Shown: positions 29,270 through 39,790 of the stretch, in pieces
How the letters are laid out: each line of letters starts with the position of its first letter
Numbering within the stretch: the stretch's first letter is position 1
NCBI GenBank assembly: GCA_046314355.1
Contig: JBKBWQ010000001.1
Coordinates: 800,001-864,000 of the forward strand
Direction: 5' to 3'
DNA: 64,000 bases
Source: Candidatus Altimarinota bacterium
Lineage (GTDB): Bacteria > Patescibacteriota > Gracilibacteria > 1-14-2-50-48-13
Notes under the pieces: generated by a model
Seen by the model: the letters and a program-made list of their open reading frames with translations, nothing else
Told to the model about the DNA's origin: nothing
Database searches by the model: none
Position numbers and translations under genes: made by a program

Positions 29270-31195
29270 TTACTCCTTCACTTCCCCTTCAATCACATCA
29301 TCCCCTTCTTTCTTCTTCTCCTTCACCGTAGTCCCATCATCCTCAGCCGTTGCCCCTTCGGCACCAGCTCCCGGAGTTCCCTCCTGAGGCTGCTGCTTGT
29401 AGAGCTCCTCTCCTATCTTCATCGCAACATCAGAGAGTTCAGTAGTCGCCTTCTCAATATCTTCCTTAGAAGCATCTTCCTTAGCGAGTACTTCCTTCAA
29501 TGCCGCAATCTTCTCCTCTGATCCCTTCTTCATCTCATCCGTAGCCTTGTCTCCAAGATCCTTCAGAGATTTTTCAGTCATATAGATAGTCTGCTCAGCA
29601 TGATTTCGTGCCTCCACAGTTTCCTTTCGTTTCTTGTCATCAGCCGCATGAAGCTCAGCCTCCTGCTGCATCTTCTTGATCTCCTCCTCTGAAAGACCGC
29701 TTGATCCCTGGATCGTGATCTTCTGCTCTTTGCCGGTTCCCTTGTCCTTTGCAGATACATGGAGGATACCGTTGGCATCGAGGTCGAAAGTTACTTCAAT
29801 CTGAGGTACTCCTCGTGGAGCTGGCGGGATACCGTCGAGGACGAATCGTCCAAGAGATTTGTTATCCTTTGCGAACTCTCTCTCTCCCTGTACTACATGG
29901 ATCTCTACCGCAGGCTGAGAGTCAGCTGCTGTGGAGAATACCTGTGACTTGGAAGTTGGGATCGTAGTATTTCTCTCGATAAGCTTTGTAGCTACTCCTC
30001 CCATAGTCTCGATACCGAGTGAGAGTGGAGTAACGTCGAGAAGAAGTACATCTTTTACATCTCCCATAAGGATACCTCCCTGGATCGCAGCTCCGATGGC
30101 TACTACTTCATCTGGATTTACGCCCTTATGCGGCTCCTTTCCGAAGAATGCTTTTACCTTCTCCTGGATCATAGGAATTCGAGTAGAACCACCTACGAGG
30201 ATTACTTCATCAATATCTGAAACAGAGAGTTTTGCATCAGCAAGAGCTTTCTTACAAGGCTCCATACTTCGCTCTACGAAAGAAGAAATAAGTTGCTCAA
30301 ACTTCGCTCGTGTGAGCTTAAGGTTGAGATGCTTTGGTCCTGTAGCATCTGCTGTAATAAATGGAATATTGATATCAATCTCAGATGTAGAAGAAAGCTC
30401 CTTTTTTGCTTTCTCTCCCTCTTCCTTGAGACGCTGAAGCGCCATCTGATCCTTTGAGAGATCAATTCCCTGATCCTTCTTGAACTCTTCGACAAGCCAT
30501 TCAATAATGAGCTGGTCAAAGTCGTCTCCACCAAGATGCGTATCTCCATTTGTAGAGAGTACTTCAAAAGTTCCCTCTGGAGAAATATCAAGGATAGAAA
30601 CGTCAAAGGTTCCTCCACCAAAGTCATAGATCACTACCTTCTCTTCCTTCTTCTTATCAAGTCCGTAAGCAAGAGCAGCAGCAGTTGGCTCATTAATAAT
30701 TCTCTTAACATCAAGTCCCGCAATTCGGCCTGCATCTTTAGTTGCCTGTCTCTGCGAGTCATTGAAGTATGCTGGTACAGTGATTACTGCCTCAGTAACT
30801 GGCTGTCCAAGATAAGCCTCAGCATCTGCCTTGAGCTTTCCAAGAACCATAGCAGAGATCTCTGCAGGTTTCTTCTTCTCACCATTAAGCACGATGAGTG
30901 ACTCACCATCACTTCCCTCTGCAGTATCGTATGCGAGGTGACTAGTCTCCTCCTTTACTTCTCCAGCCTGTCGTCCGATGAGACGCTTTGCAGAATAGAT
31001 AGTATTCTTTGGGTTAGTCACTGCCTGTCGCTTTGCGATCTGTCCTACAAGTCTCTCTCCATTCTTTCCAAGTGCAAGTACAGAAGGTGTAGTTCTATTT
31101 CCCTCTGCATTTGGGATAATCACAGCCTCTCCACCTTCCATCACAGCTACCGCTGAGTTTGTCGTTCCTAGGTCAATTCCAATAATCTTACCCAT
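29270..31195 (-). CDS. dnaK: Molecular chaperone DnaK (Hsp70)
   Basis: [37 protein letters not shown]; real start taken at ATG 31195. Confidence 0.99.
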   Translation of the reverse strand: MGKIIGIDLGTTNSAVAVMEGGEAVIIPNAEGNRTTPSVLALGKNGERLVGQIAKRQAVTNPKNTIYSAKRLIGRQAGEVKEETSHLAYDTAEGSDGESLIVLNGEKKKPAEISAMVLGKLKADAEAYLGQPVTEAVITVPAYFNDSQRQATKDAGRIAGLDVKRIINEPTAAALAYGLDKKKEEKVVIYDFGGGTFDVSILDISPEGTFEVLSTNGDTHLGGDDFDQLIIEWLVEEFKKDQGIDLSKDQMALQRLKEEGEKAKKELSSTSEIDINIPFITADATGPKHLNLKLTRAKFEQLISSFVERSMEPCKKALADAKLSVSDIDEVILVGGSTRIPMIQEKVKAFFGKEPHKGVNPDEVVAIGAAIQGGILMGDVKDVLLLDVTPLSLGIETMGGVATKLIERNTTIPTSKSQVFSTAADSQPAVEIHVVQGEREFAKDNKSLGRFVLDGIPPAPRGVPQIEVTFDLDANGILHVSAKDKGTGKEQKITIQGSSGLSEEEIKKMQQEAELHAADDKKRKETVEARNHAEQTIYMTEKSLKDLGDKATDEMKKGSEEKIAALKEVLAKEDASKEDIEKATTELSDVAMKIGEELYKQQPQEGTPGAGAEGATAEDDGTTVKEKKKEGDDVIEGEVKE

Positions 31196-31221
31196 AAATA
31201 TATGTTTAGTAAATATCTTAA

Positions 31222-31262
31222 TTAGCACTCATAATTATAGAGTGCTAATTTTTTACAGTCAA
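31222..31262 (-). promoter_or_regulatory. CIRCE operator (HrcA site) overlapping the sigma70 promoter of dnaK
   Basis: Perfect TTAGCACTC-N9-GAGTGCTAA at 31222-31248; minus-strand TTGACT-N17-TATAAT (31262-31234). Confidence 0.97.
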
Positions 31263-31317
31263 GAATAATTTATGAAAAAGATGGTGATCTAAAGGAGCAG
31301 TACAGCAAGAAAGATCG

Positions 31318-31578
31318 TTAATCACCAAAGAGTTTAGCATTTTGGCTGCTCTCAATAGAAATATTGCTGTTTATTACTAGGTCATCCGGCATTAAAAAAG
31401 GATTGTTTTGATTCGTGCTCAAATACTCATTAGTTTCACGGTTAGTCGTGGTCTCAAGATTAACATTTACATTTCCTGAGAATTCTCCATTGATATTGCT
31501 GTTTGCAGTACCTCCGCATGAGGTAAACAGCACTATGGATGCTGCAGCGACAGCAATACCTTTAAAGTATTTTTTCAT
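31318..31578 (-). CDS. Small Asn-rich lipoprotein
   Basis: MKK signal, FTSC lipobox-like motif. Confidence 0.7.
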   Translation of the reverse strand: MKKYFKGIAVAAASIVLFTSCGGTANSNINGEFSGNVNVNLETTTNRETNEYLSTNQNNPFLMPDDLVINSNISIESSQNAKLFGD

Positions 31579-31614
31579 AGATAAATTTAGATAAATGATA
31601 ATATTGAAAGCAGA

Positions 31615-31989
31615 CTATTGTCCTCCTGGTCCTCTATTGTCCATACTACCTCTTCCTGAATTATCATCTCCGCTTCTATCATTGTTATCACTACTGCCTC
31701 GATTATTATCTCCATCTAAACTTCGATACTCTCCATTATTATCTTCACGTTGATTGTCATTCCTATTCTCTTTTTTGTCTTTATCATCTAAACGGTCATC
31801 CTTACCGTTCAGATTAAAGTTTAAGTCAAAGTTATCATTTATGTTTGCTGATGATGTCACAGGAGCAAGATCTGGAATACGGTTTACATTAAAATTCTGA
31901 TTCACGCTTTCATTTACCACTGTACTGCAAGAAGCAAGAATACATACAACAACGAGCATTCCTCCTAACTTTTTTGAATGATCTTTCAT
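31615..31989 (-). CDS. Small lipoprotein with low-complexity Asp/Asn/Arg/Gly tail
   Basis: LASC lipobox; DDNSGRGS-type repeats. Confidence 0.7.
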   Translation of the reverse strand: MKDHSKKLGGMLVVVCILASCSTVVNESVNQNFNVNRIPDLAPVTSSANINDNFDLNFNLNGKDDRLDDKDKKENRNDNQREDNNGEYRSLDGDNNRGSSDNNDRSGDDNSGRGSMDNRGPGGQ

Positions 31990-32183
31990 GGGATAATTTT
32001 GAAAAGCTAAAGAATGGATCAATATAGCTCAAAAAAATTTTATTGGCAAGCTCTGAGACTCAATAATCACATATGGCTTCTACATATCATCTCTAGTAGC
32101 CATGATAGAAAGCATGATTTATAGTAGAAAATCTTCTTTGTCTATCGTTTTTCTCTTCTTTCTCTTGTAAAAGATACGTCCCA

Positions 32184-33497
32184 TTATTCATATTTTCCTT
32201 CATACCACTCTCTCGAATCAACGATCACATCTCCAATAAAATGCGTAAAATGAAGATGTGGTCCAGTGGCAATTCCAGTTGCACCGACAAGTCCGATTAC
32301 ATCTCCCTTTTTAACCATGTCATCCTTTGCAGTCTTTCTCTCAGACATATGCATATACATCGTAAATACATTCTGCCCATGATCTATGATCACCGTATGC
32401 CCATAAGAAGGAGTGTAGTCAGAGAGCACGATTTTACCATTATTTGAAGCATGTACAGGTGTCCCCGTTTTATTCGCGTAATCAATTCCAAAGTGAGAAC
32501 CTGAAAGACTTCCGTTGATATAGACCGTATCTCCAAATCCCATGCTCACTTCCCCCTCAGCAGGTACTATGAAATTTCCCTCCCATAATTTTTCCGAATT
32601 TGTAGTCTTTTTAGCTCCATCAATCATTGCCCAGGTCTTGCTATAAGCATCATTGCCAAATAACGTAGTCTTGCTTGGCGGCAGAGAAAAACTCTCTACA
32701 TTATATTTTCTTTTTAAAACAGTAATTACTTTCTCAAAGCTTTCCTTCTCACCTCTGAGAGTCTCAGCATTGAGCACTAGTTTTTTGTCACCGATATCAT
32801 TAATACGATGAAGACCTACAAATCCTCTGAAGAATTTTTGAGTAGTTCTTTCCTTGAGATCTGATAAACCTGAAGCTCTTTTAAGTAAGGTCTCAGCCTC
32901 AGCGAAGTTGAGGAATCTGTCAGGCTTCACAGTACCATCTCCATATCCTTTGAATAATCCTGCCTGCATTGCCTGATACATATATGAGGCGAGTGAATGA
33001 GTCGGAGAAAGGTCAGAAAAAGATAAAGAAATCTCTACTGTTTGAGCAGGTGAAAAAGCAAGCATGAGTATTTTTGCAGCTTGAGCGCGTGTCAGAGGAT
33101 CATATGTATGAAATCTCCCATCCTCGTATCCCTTGATGATACCCAATGTCTGAGCTTTATAAATATCAGTTGCGTATTCCTGTGAGAGTGGGACATCAGG
33201 AAATAAAGTACCGCTTGAGGTATTTATTTCTCCAAAGGAATGATTTTTAAATATGATGGAAAGAAATTCACCTCTGGAGATTGGCTCAAAATCAGAGGGA
33301 GTTTGCGTCATTTCAAAAAGCTTGATCTCTTTACCAGCAAGAGTCCCCTGAACTTTAGCAAGATTATTGCCAGGAATAGCGATCTCCAAAGTCGTCCCCT
33401 GCTCTACAGAATCAGCTAACTGCATATCAAAGGCTGCCGCACTTGTAATACTTAGAAAAGATATACAGAATGCTCCAAATAATAGAATTCTTTTCAT
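32184..33497 (-). CDS. SLH-domain M23 family peptidase
   Basis: Signal peptide; SLH motifs (GYEDG.F....LTRAQ); M23 motifs HFGIDY, YMHM and TGPHLHF. Confidence 0.9.
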   Translation of the reverse strand: MKRILLFGAFCISFLSITSAAAFDMQLADSVEQGTTLEIAIPGNNLAKVQGTLAGKEIKLFEMTQTPSDFEPISRGEFLSIIFKNHSFGEINTSSGTLFPDVPLSQEYATDIYKAQTLGIIKGYEDGRFHTYDPLTRAQAAKILMLAFSPAQTVEISLSFSDLSPTHSLASYMYQAMQAGLFKGYGDGTVKPDRFLNFAEAETLLKRASGLSDLKERTTQKFFRGFVGLHRINDIGDKKLVLNAETLRGEKESFEKVITVLKRKYNVESFSLPPSKTTLFGNDAYSKTWAMIDGAKKTTNSEKLWEGNFIVPAEGEVSMGFGDTVYINGSLSGSHFGIDYANKTGTPVHASNNGKIVLSDYTPSYGHTVIIDHGQNVFTMYMHMSERKTAKDDMVKKGDVIGLVGATGIATGPHLHFTHFIGDVIVDSREWYEGKYE

Positions 33498-33602
33498 ATA
33501 TAGTGAGCTACAAATAAAATTATCCAAAGGAAGTATACTTAAAATTCTACTCTCATAGATTGCTTTTACAATTCATTTGTCTTTTAGATGTAAAAAAGAA
33601 AG

Positions 33603-34676
33603 TTAGGTTCGCACCCATTTTGTCCCTTCTACCTTTCGAATCTTTCCGGAAAGCTCCATCATTGTAAGCTCCATTTGAAACTCCTGAACCGTCCCTTCGT
33701 ATCTACTGAAAATATTCTCATGCTCCTCAGGTAAAAAAGAAAAGAGTTCAAGAAATGGTTCTATCATCGTACTTTCTTTGGGACTTTGAGGTACAGAAAA
33801 TCCTAAAATCTCAAGTATGCTTTTTGCATCTGTGACAGGATGTGCAGTCCCCTTCTTTAAAAGATCATTCGTGCCTACCGCATATGGTGCAAAAATATTT
33901 CCAGGCACCGCAAATACTTCTTTCCCTAGATCTACAGCAATCTCAGCAGTAATACACGCTCCAGATTTTTCTCCAGCTTCTACGACTAAAACTCCCTTTG
34001 AGAGAGCAGCTATAATTCTATTTCTCATAGGAAAATGAAAAGGTTCGGGCATCTTTCCAAGGGGAAATTCAGAGAGAAGTAAGCCGTCTTTTTTAAGCAG
34101 TTCCTCCACAAGTTTCTTATTACTTGAAGGATAGACAATATCTATTCCCGATCCGATGACAGCAATAGTTTTCCCACCATACTCCAGTACTTTTTTGTGA
34201 ACGTATGAATCTACTCCAAAAGCTAGACCGCTAACAATACTAAGATCAACATTCAAAAGATCAGGAAGAAAAGCATCAATAATCTGAGTTCCATATACAG
34301 TCATTTTACGGGTACCTACAATGGCAAAGTTGTTTGAACTTTCCAGAAGCTTCTTATTTCCTCTTAGATATAATAAGAATGGAGCAGGATTTGTTTCCAA
34401 AAAAATTCCAGGATATAAGGGATCTTTCTGAGTAATTAAAAAGATTTCTTTTTCTTTTAGATATTTTTCCATCACCGCTGGAGATATAGTCTCTTTTTTA
34501 TGAAGAGCTTTTTCTATCTGGTCATCTTTTATACCTAGCTCTTTTAATATCTTGGCGTCACAAATATCCCATACCTCTTTCCAATCACCATAGTATTTTT
34601 CAAAAAGTCTCTGAAGACGCTTATGGGTCATTCCGGGAAGCAGGTGGAGCAGTGCTAGATAAGGGTTTTGATTCAT
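33603..34676 (-). CDS. dprA: DNA-processing protein DprA
   Basis: AIVGTR, IVSGLAFGVD, FPMRNRIIAALS, VVEAGEKSGACITA. Confidence 0.96.
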   Translation of the reverse strand: MNQNPYLALLHLLPGMTHKRLQRLFEKYYGDWKEVWDICDAKILKELGIKDDQIEKALHKKETISPAVMEKYLKEKEIFLITQKDPLYPGIFLETNPAPFLLYLRGNKKLLESSNNFAIVGTRKMTVYGTQIIDAFLPDLLNVDLSIVSGLAFGVDSYVHKKVLEYGGKTIAVIGSGIDIVYPSSNKKLVEELLKKDGLLLSEFPLGKMPEPFHFPMRNRIIAALSKGVLVVEAGEKSGACITAEIAVDLGKEVFAVPGNIFAPYAVGTNDLLKKGTAHPVTDAKSILEILGFSVPQSPKESTMIEPFLELFSFLPEEHENIFSRYEGTVQEFQMELTMMELSGKIRKVEGTKWVRT

Positions 34677-34846
34677 AGATATTAGAAGTTATATAAATAC
34701 TATGAAGGAAAAGGAGATTTTTTTCTAAAGAGAAAATCCTATTCTGTTGTTAGCAAATTACAACATATGAATAATAAATTTGTGGTCTTTATCTTGACCT
34801 GTATTGTTAATTTTTCTAGAGTACTTGAAATACTTTTTCTTCTCTC

Positions 34847-35461
34847 ATGCAGCTCCACGAAAACATCAATAAAATAGCAGTCATAGGAACCTTTGGATGC
34901 GGGAAGTCCACAGTGGTTGATGATATCAAAGAAGAATTAAAAGACTCGAAAGCATCAGTACAAATTATAGAGGAATATCCTAAAAAACTTTTTCTTTCCG
35001 CTCCATACAATTCCCTCCCTACAGAGCAATGGCCCAAGGAGTGGTATCAGGAGATCCAAGAGAAAACAATACGGGGCGTAATTGAAGAAGAAAAAGATCT
35101 TCATCCTCAAAAAAAACTCTCTATTGTGGAGAGTTATTGGGCGAATATTCTTCCCTATACTATTTTGAATTTTGGAGAAGGTCACTGCCTCACTTCTCTT
35201 GTAAGAAAAAAGCTAGAAGAGACTTTGGATCAAACATTTTATATATACCTTTCTCATCAATCAATTCCACTAGATACTCTCAACCGACATGCAGATATTA
35301 GCTTACGAAATATCATTGCGCACCAGATTAAAGATATTCTTACACAGAACAAAGCAAACTACACTTCTCTCGATGAAGATAAGAATGTGAGAAAAAATTA
35401 TATAAAAGAACTTTCAGAGACTATTCTTCATTCAGCTCACTATGAGCTTTTGAAGTCTTAG
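34847..35461 (+). CDS. P-loop NTPase (AAA_28/nucleoside kinase-like)
   Basis: KIAVIGTFGCGKST Walker A at the N-terminus. Confidence 0.65.
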   Translation: MQLHENINKIAVIGTFGCGKSTVVDDIKEELKDSKASVQIIEEYPKKLFLSAPYNSLPTEQWPKEWYQEIQEKTIRGVIEEEKDLHPQKKLSIVESYWANILPYTILNFGEGHCLTSLVRKKLEETLDQTFYIYLSHQSIPLDTLNRHADISLRNIIAHQIKDILTQNKANYTSLDEDKNVRKNYIKELSETILHSAHYELLKS

Positions 35462-36206
35462 GCAGGTATTTCTGTTTCTTTACACGAGGTATTTTTACTG
35501 CAGGTTTTTCATCACCACTTTCCGACTCATCCCAGTTCTCTGGAGCTATGATCATTACAAATTCTCCTTGGATCTTTGATCGCTGTCTAAAAATAGCATA
35601 AAGCTCACTGACAGTTCCTTTCAGAAACTCCTCGTGGATCTTAGTAAGTTCCCGTGCTAGGACTATCTGACGATCCGGCATAATCAGAGTCATCTTTTCA
35701 AGAGTCCGGAGGATTCTATATGGCGACTCATAAGTGACGATTGTTTCATTTGTAAGTGTGGCAAATTTTTTGAATAGTGCCTCTCTTCCTTTTTTCGCAG
35801 GAAGAAATCCATAGTACCAAAATCTATTTGTAGGAAGTCCACTTGCCATGAGTGCAGTGAGAAAAGCACTTGCTCCCGGGATAGGAATAACACTTATATT
35901 TTCTTTTCGGCAAGCCTGTATGAGCATATATCCAGGATCTGAGATCCCTGGTGTACCAGCATCTGAGATAATAGCAGCAGACTTCCCTTCTCCCAGCATT
36001 CCCATTATTTTTGCAAGATCCCGTTCTGAGGAATGTGCATGAAAACTAATGAGTGGTTTTGAAATCTCAAAGTGAAAGAGAAGTTTTGAGGAATGACGAG
36101 TATCTTCGCAGATAATAAAATCCACTGTCTTAAGTGTTTCTAAAGCACGCAGCGTAATATCCTGCAGATTCCCTATCGGAGTTGCTACAATATATAGTGA
36201 AGCCAT
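35421..36206 (-). CDS. rsmI: 16S rRNA C1402 2'-O-methyltransferase
   Basis: LYIVATPIGNL, CEDTR, SDAGTPGISDPG, YESP, ARELTKIHEE. Confidence 0.97.
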   Translation of the reverse strand: MASLYIVATPIGNLQDITLRALETLKTVDFIICEDTRHSSKLLFHFEISKPLISFHAHSSERDLAKIMGMLGEGKSAAIISDAGTPGISDPGYMLIQACRKENISVIPIPGASAFLTALMASGLPTNRFWYYGFLPAKKGREALFKKFATLTNETIVTYESPYRILRTLEKMTLIMPDRQIVLARELTKIHEEFLKGTVSELYAIFRQRSKIQGEFVMIIAPENWDESESGDEKPAVKIPRVKKQKYLPKTSKAHSELNEE

Positions 36207-36207
36207 A

Positions 36208-38538
36208 CTAGAACTTCAAGAAAATAAATCCGCTCATTGTACTCATAAACCCTCCAAGCAGTGCAAGCACAATATTCTTCTCATTCTCCACTGGATGAGT
36301 ATTTGTAAATACTTCAGATGAAACAACATCACCTTGAACAGCGACATTTGCAGAATATCCTGCGGTAATTTGTGAGACATTCTCTATTGCAATGTCCTTA
36401 AGATTCGGAAGAGTAGTATTACCCGGTGCTTTTACAATAGAAGCAGTAGTTTTCGGCAAAACCTTAACCGTAGATTTAACTGCCGTCTTTACTTGAGTTT
36501 TTGCAGAGCTCACTGTAACCTTTTCATCATTTTTTATATCAACAGTTATAGTCTCCCCTGCTCCAGGATCTGTATATTCTAAAGTATCTATTACAACGCC
36601 GTCTTGAGATTTAAGCGCAATAGTTCCTGAATTTGGAATAGTCTTTGCAATATCTTCACCGGATAGCTTTTTCTTTTCTCCGGAAGCTATAGCGAGAGTA
36701 GATTTGAGAGCAGTATCCTTATCATTGATACTGATTATAAGTCCATTTAGTTCAACATTATCCTTCCCTGTATTCTGGATTTCAATCCATTCTGATGCCT
36801 TTGTATCTGTACCATCTGGATTTGGAAACAGAGCAGTTATTTTTAAATCCGAAAAGCCTCCTGCAATTCCCTGGCTAGCTCCTGCTTCTGTCATAATGAA
36901 AGGCGCAGATGCAAAGGACTGTACTTTATTGATATCTGTAATTTTTACTATAAGAGCCATATCAACAACACCGTCGGAATCCCATGAAAAATTTCCTAAT
37001 GCGTCACTTCTTACTTCTGCCACGAATTCTTCACTGGCAGTATATATCCCTACAGTCGCCGCGGGGAGAGTTCTTCCCGTCAGCATACCGTTTGCAGCAT
37101 GCAGTATGATCATATCCGCAAGGAGCTTCTTGTAGAAATACTTCTGAAATCCTCCAGTGAGTTCCTGCCCTTTATCATAGAAATCCGGCAGACCATTTTT
37201 GTTGGAATCAAAACGGGATGTAAGTGTTCCAAAATACTCTTCGTCATGCTTATTGAGCATATCTCCATCTTTGTCCTCAAGATATGTATAGGCGATAATA
37301 TTTTCTTTTCCTTGTGTCGGGAAATCTGTAGCTCCATAGAGCGCCGGGACTTCCTGAGTTGTAAATATTCTTCGAGTATTATTATATCTCGCAAAACTCT
37401 GCCCGCCCTTAAGAGGATAGATATGAATCTCATCTGCAATATTCCGCTCGCTATCCAGCAGATAAAACACATTTGCAGACTGCATCTGTGTTGAGAGGCT
37501 TAGTACTTTATAATTTTTAGAGTAGAGAAAAGTATTTGCATCAAACTTTATGCATGAGCTCTTTACAGTACATTTTCCTTCCTTCTCAGTAGTGATCATC
37601 CATCCACTGATATCAATTTTTTTCTGTGCAGATGATGTCAGTTCCATCCATGAACTATTATCTATAGTACTGCCTGAGCCTAGATATACTTCGTTGATTT
37701 TAGCGCCGTAATTTTTCACCTTTTGTAGTCCTCGCTCTACTCTAAAATGAGCTTCTTCTATCTTTGAAGATCTCCCTTCCACCACAGCATAGAATAAAAT
37801 ATCCATATCTGCTTCCAGCACGAGTGGTCCTTTATAGACTTCTTGAGACGCGGGATCAGGATTATTCCCATCGAGCGAATAATAAATATCTGCATCAGGA
37901 TTAGAACTAGATAATATGATCTTTGTTCCAAATGGATATGATCCGTCAATATGATCAGACATAACTTCAAGACTATCCTTCATATTTATATTTCCCGGAG
38001 TGGCAGGAGTGGATTCAAGGGAACAGAAAAGCAGTTCATAGACATCACAGAATCTACTGAGAGACTTCCCTTTTACAAGATCAGTTTTTGTATACTCAAC
38101 CATGTCCCGCTCTGTACCGTCAGTGCTTTTGAGTGTAATAGTATCTCCGCTATTATTCATGCTTACTGACTTCTCAAGCAGTACATATCCCTTTCCACCA
38201 ATAGTTACTTCATCGTTTATTGTAAAAATCGTGCCATTCTTGTTTGTTAGAGACCATTTATTCAAAGAGACAGCTTCGGATCCATAATTATAAAGTTCCA
38301 TGAATTCTTTTTCTCCCTTGGTAGTATCGGGATTTGCATATACTTCGTTGATAACTACAGTATACACATCTGATGCACCTGCATTATCTGACATACTGTT
38401 TATAGTGCCTTTTGTCGGGATAGTCCATTCCCAGACTCCCTCTTCTGCATAGCTTATCTGCAGGGCACCAGCTAATACAGCTGAAAAAATACACACCTGC
38501 AGCACTCTTATTCCAAATATACTTTTGACGCGGTTCAT
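36208..38538 (-). CDS. Secreted multi lamin-tail-domain (LTD) surface protein with C-terminal membrane anchor
   Basis: Three LTD-like blocks (VVINEVYANP..EFMELYN; INEVY...WMEL; PNPDG.D...EWIEIQN), Fn3-associated IYYSLDG..P, C-terminal hydrophobic tail. Confidence 0.82.
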   Translation of the reverse strand: MNRVKSIFGIRVLQVCIFSAVLAGALQISYAEEGVWEWTIPTKGTINSMSDNAGASDVYTVVINEVYANPDTTKGEKEFMELYNYGSEAVSLNKWSLTNKNGTIFTINDEVTIGGKGYVLLEKSVSMNNSGDTITLKSTDGTERDMVEYTKTDLVKGKSLSRFCDVYELLFCSLESTPATPGNINMKDSLEVMSDHIDGSYPFGTKIILSSSNPDADIYYSLDGNNPDPASQEVYKGPLVLEADMDILFYAVVEGRSSKIEEAHFRVERGLQKVKNYGAKINEVYLGSGSTIDNSSWMELTSSAQKKIDISGWMITTEKEGKCTVKSSCIKFDANTFLYSKNYKVLSLSTQMQSANVFYLLDSERNIADEIHIYPLKGGQSFARYNNTRRIFTTQEVPALYGATDFPTQGKENIIAYTYLEDKDGDMLNKHDEEYFGTLTSRFDSNKNGLPDFYDKGQELTGGFQKYFYKKLLADMIILHAANGMLTGRTLPAATVGIYTASEEFVAEVRSDALGNFSWDSDGVVDMALIVKITDINKVQSFASAPFIMTEAGASQGIAGGFSDLKITALFPNPDGTDTKASEWIEIQNTGKDNVELNGLIISINDKDTALKSTLAIASGEKKKLSGEDIAKTIPNSGTIALKSQDGVVIDTLEYTDPGAGETITVDIKNDEKVTVSSAKTQVKTAVKSTVKVLPKTTASIVKAPGNTTLPNLKDIAIENVSQITAGYSANVAVQGDVVSSEVFTNTHPVENEKNIVLALLGGFMSTMSGFIFLKF

Positions 38539-38668
38539 ATGAGTATGGACAACTTAAAAAAACGTGCCCCTAGTCTATCATGACTGCACTCATATACAAC
38601 TCTTCTCTTCTATTTAGTGTAGTAATAGTTTAGAAACAATGCTCTTATACCATCACTAGAGCAAATTA

Positions 38669-39790
38669 TTACATTGCAAGTCTCGCAATTGTTGAGATGA
38701 CCGCATAGGAAGAAATCACAATGATTATTCCCATAACTACTCTACGTACTATCCCATATCCCTTTTTCTTATTATCAGGAGTCACTCCCGATGAGACTAT
38801 AAGTACGCCTGCATAGATCAGCATAACTACAGCGATAAAGGACATGAATCCAAGCATATAGTTTGCGATATTCATCAGAAGCGAGATACCATACGCAACA
38901 TCCGGACCAAGTCTTGGATTAGACGAAGTAGGAAGACCATATACCGCTTTTACAAAGTACTGTCCCATCATCATCACTACAAGTCCCAGAGCTGTATTGA
39001 TAAGCCCTTCTCTTGCAGACTTTATCTTTTCAGGGTCACCTTGAGCAGTAATGATACGGAAAGTAGAAATAATAATAAAGAGAATAGCAAAGGCTGCGAC
39101 AAAACCGAAGAAATAATTGAGAAGCGGATATACTACCTTCTCAGATACAAGTATAGGACTTGTAGCATCCCGGAAGTTGACTACAAATGTTGGATCTGAC
39201 ACCGGAGTCATATGGACATAAAGATTTGGTGAGGCTGTATAGCATAATTTACCCTGTATCTCTGCAGCAGTACAAGGAATGTTCGTAGCAGCAGTAATAG
39301 CATCATTATTCGAAGTTGGATCAGAATAAATATTTGCCACAAAGAATCTTGCGGAATGCATTACGACCATACCAATTGCAATATCTCTGATCACAGTAAA
39401 CTGCTTCTTTACAGCTTCTTCTCCATTCTGGTCAATCACCATCTTCACACCCGCAAGTATTATAAATAATACCGCAATCGCAGTAATAACCCATACTAGG
39501 ATATCTAGAACAAACAGTATGGAGTTTCGGATGACTAGTTCTGGAGCAAGGTCTTGTCCTTGAGTATTCTGTGTAAGCTGTTTATAAATAGTCGGATATT
39601 TATTGAGGTTTGTCGTAGTATCAAGCGCTCCATTAGTTTCACCATACTTGTCAAAAAAATCCTGATAAGTCGTGCTTGCATGAGCACTTTCCATAGAAAT
39701 AATACCGGAAGAATATACTGCTGCCCCCAATAGAAGTGTACACAGTATAATACTTACAAACCGCAGATGATTTTTAAACAAAGATAGCAT
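38669..39790 (-). CDS. Membrane protein with three tandem VirB2/TrbC-like pilin repeats
   Basis: Three copies of IAVLFII.AG..(I/V)...G..E..KK...I....IG..(I/V). Confidence 0.72.
   Translation of the reverse strand: MLSLFKNHLRFVSIILCTLLLGAAVYSSGIISMESAHASTTYQDFFDKYGETNGALDTTTNLNKYPTIYKQLTQNTQGQDLAPELVIRNSILFVLDILVWVITAIAVLFIILAGVKMVIDQNGEEAVKKQFTVIRDIAIGMVVMHSARFFVANIYSDPTSNNDAITAATNIPCTAAEIQGKLCYTASPNLYVHMTPVSDPTFVVNFRDATSPILVSEKVVYPLLNYFFGFVAAFAILFIIISTFRIITAQGDPEKIKSAREGLINTALGLVVMMMGQYFVKAVYGLPTSSNPRLGPDVAYGISLLMNIANYMLGFMSFIAVVMLIYAGVLIVSSGVTPDNKKKGYGIVRRVVMGIIIVISSYAVISTIARLAM

Noticed and set aside
29578-31156. Several 60-170 aa ORFs overlapping dnaK, and similar ones over other long genes
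   Set aside because: Antisense or alternate-frame shadows caused by codon bias.
36440-36470. LPKTT in the lamin-tail protein as a sortase signal
   Set aside because: Not LPxTG and about 55 aa from the C-terminal hydrophobic tail; probably part of a K/T-rich linker.
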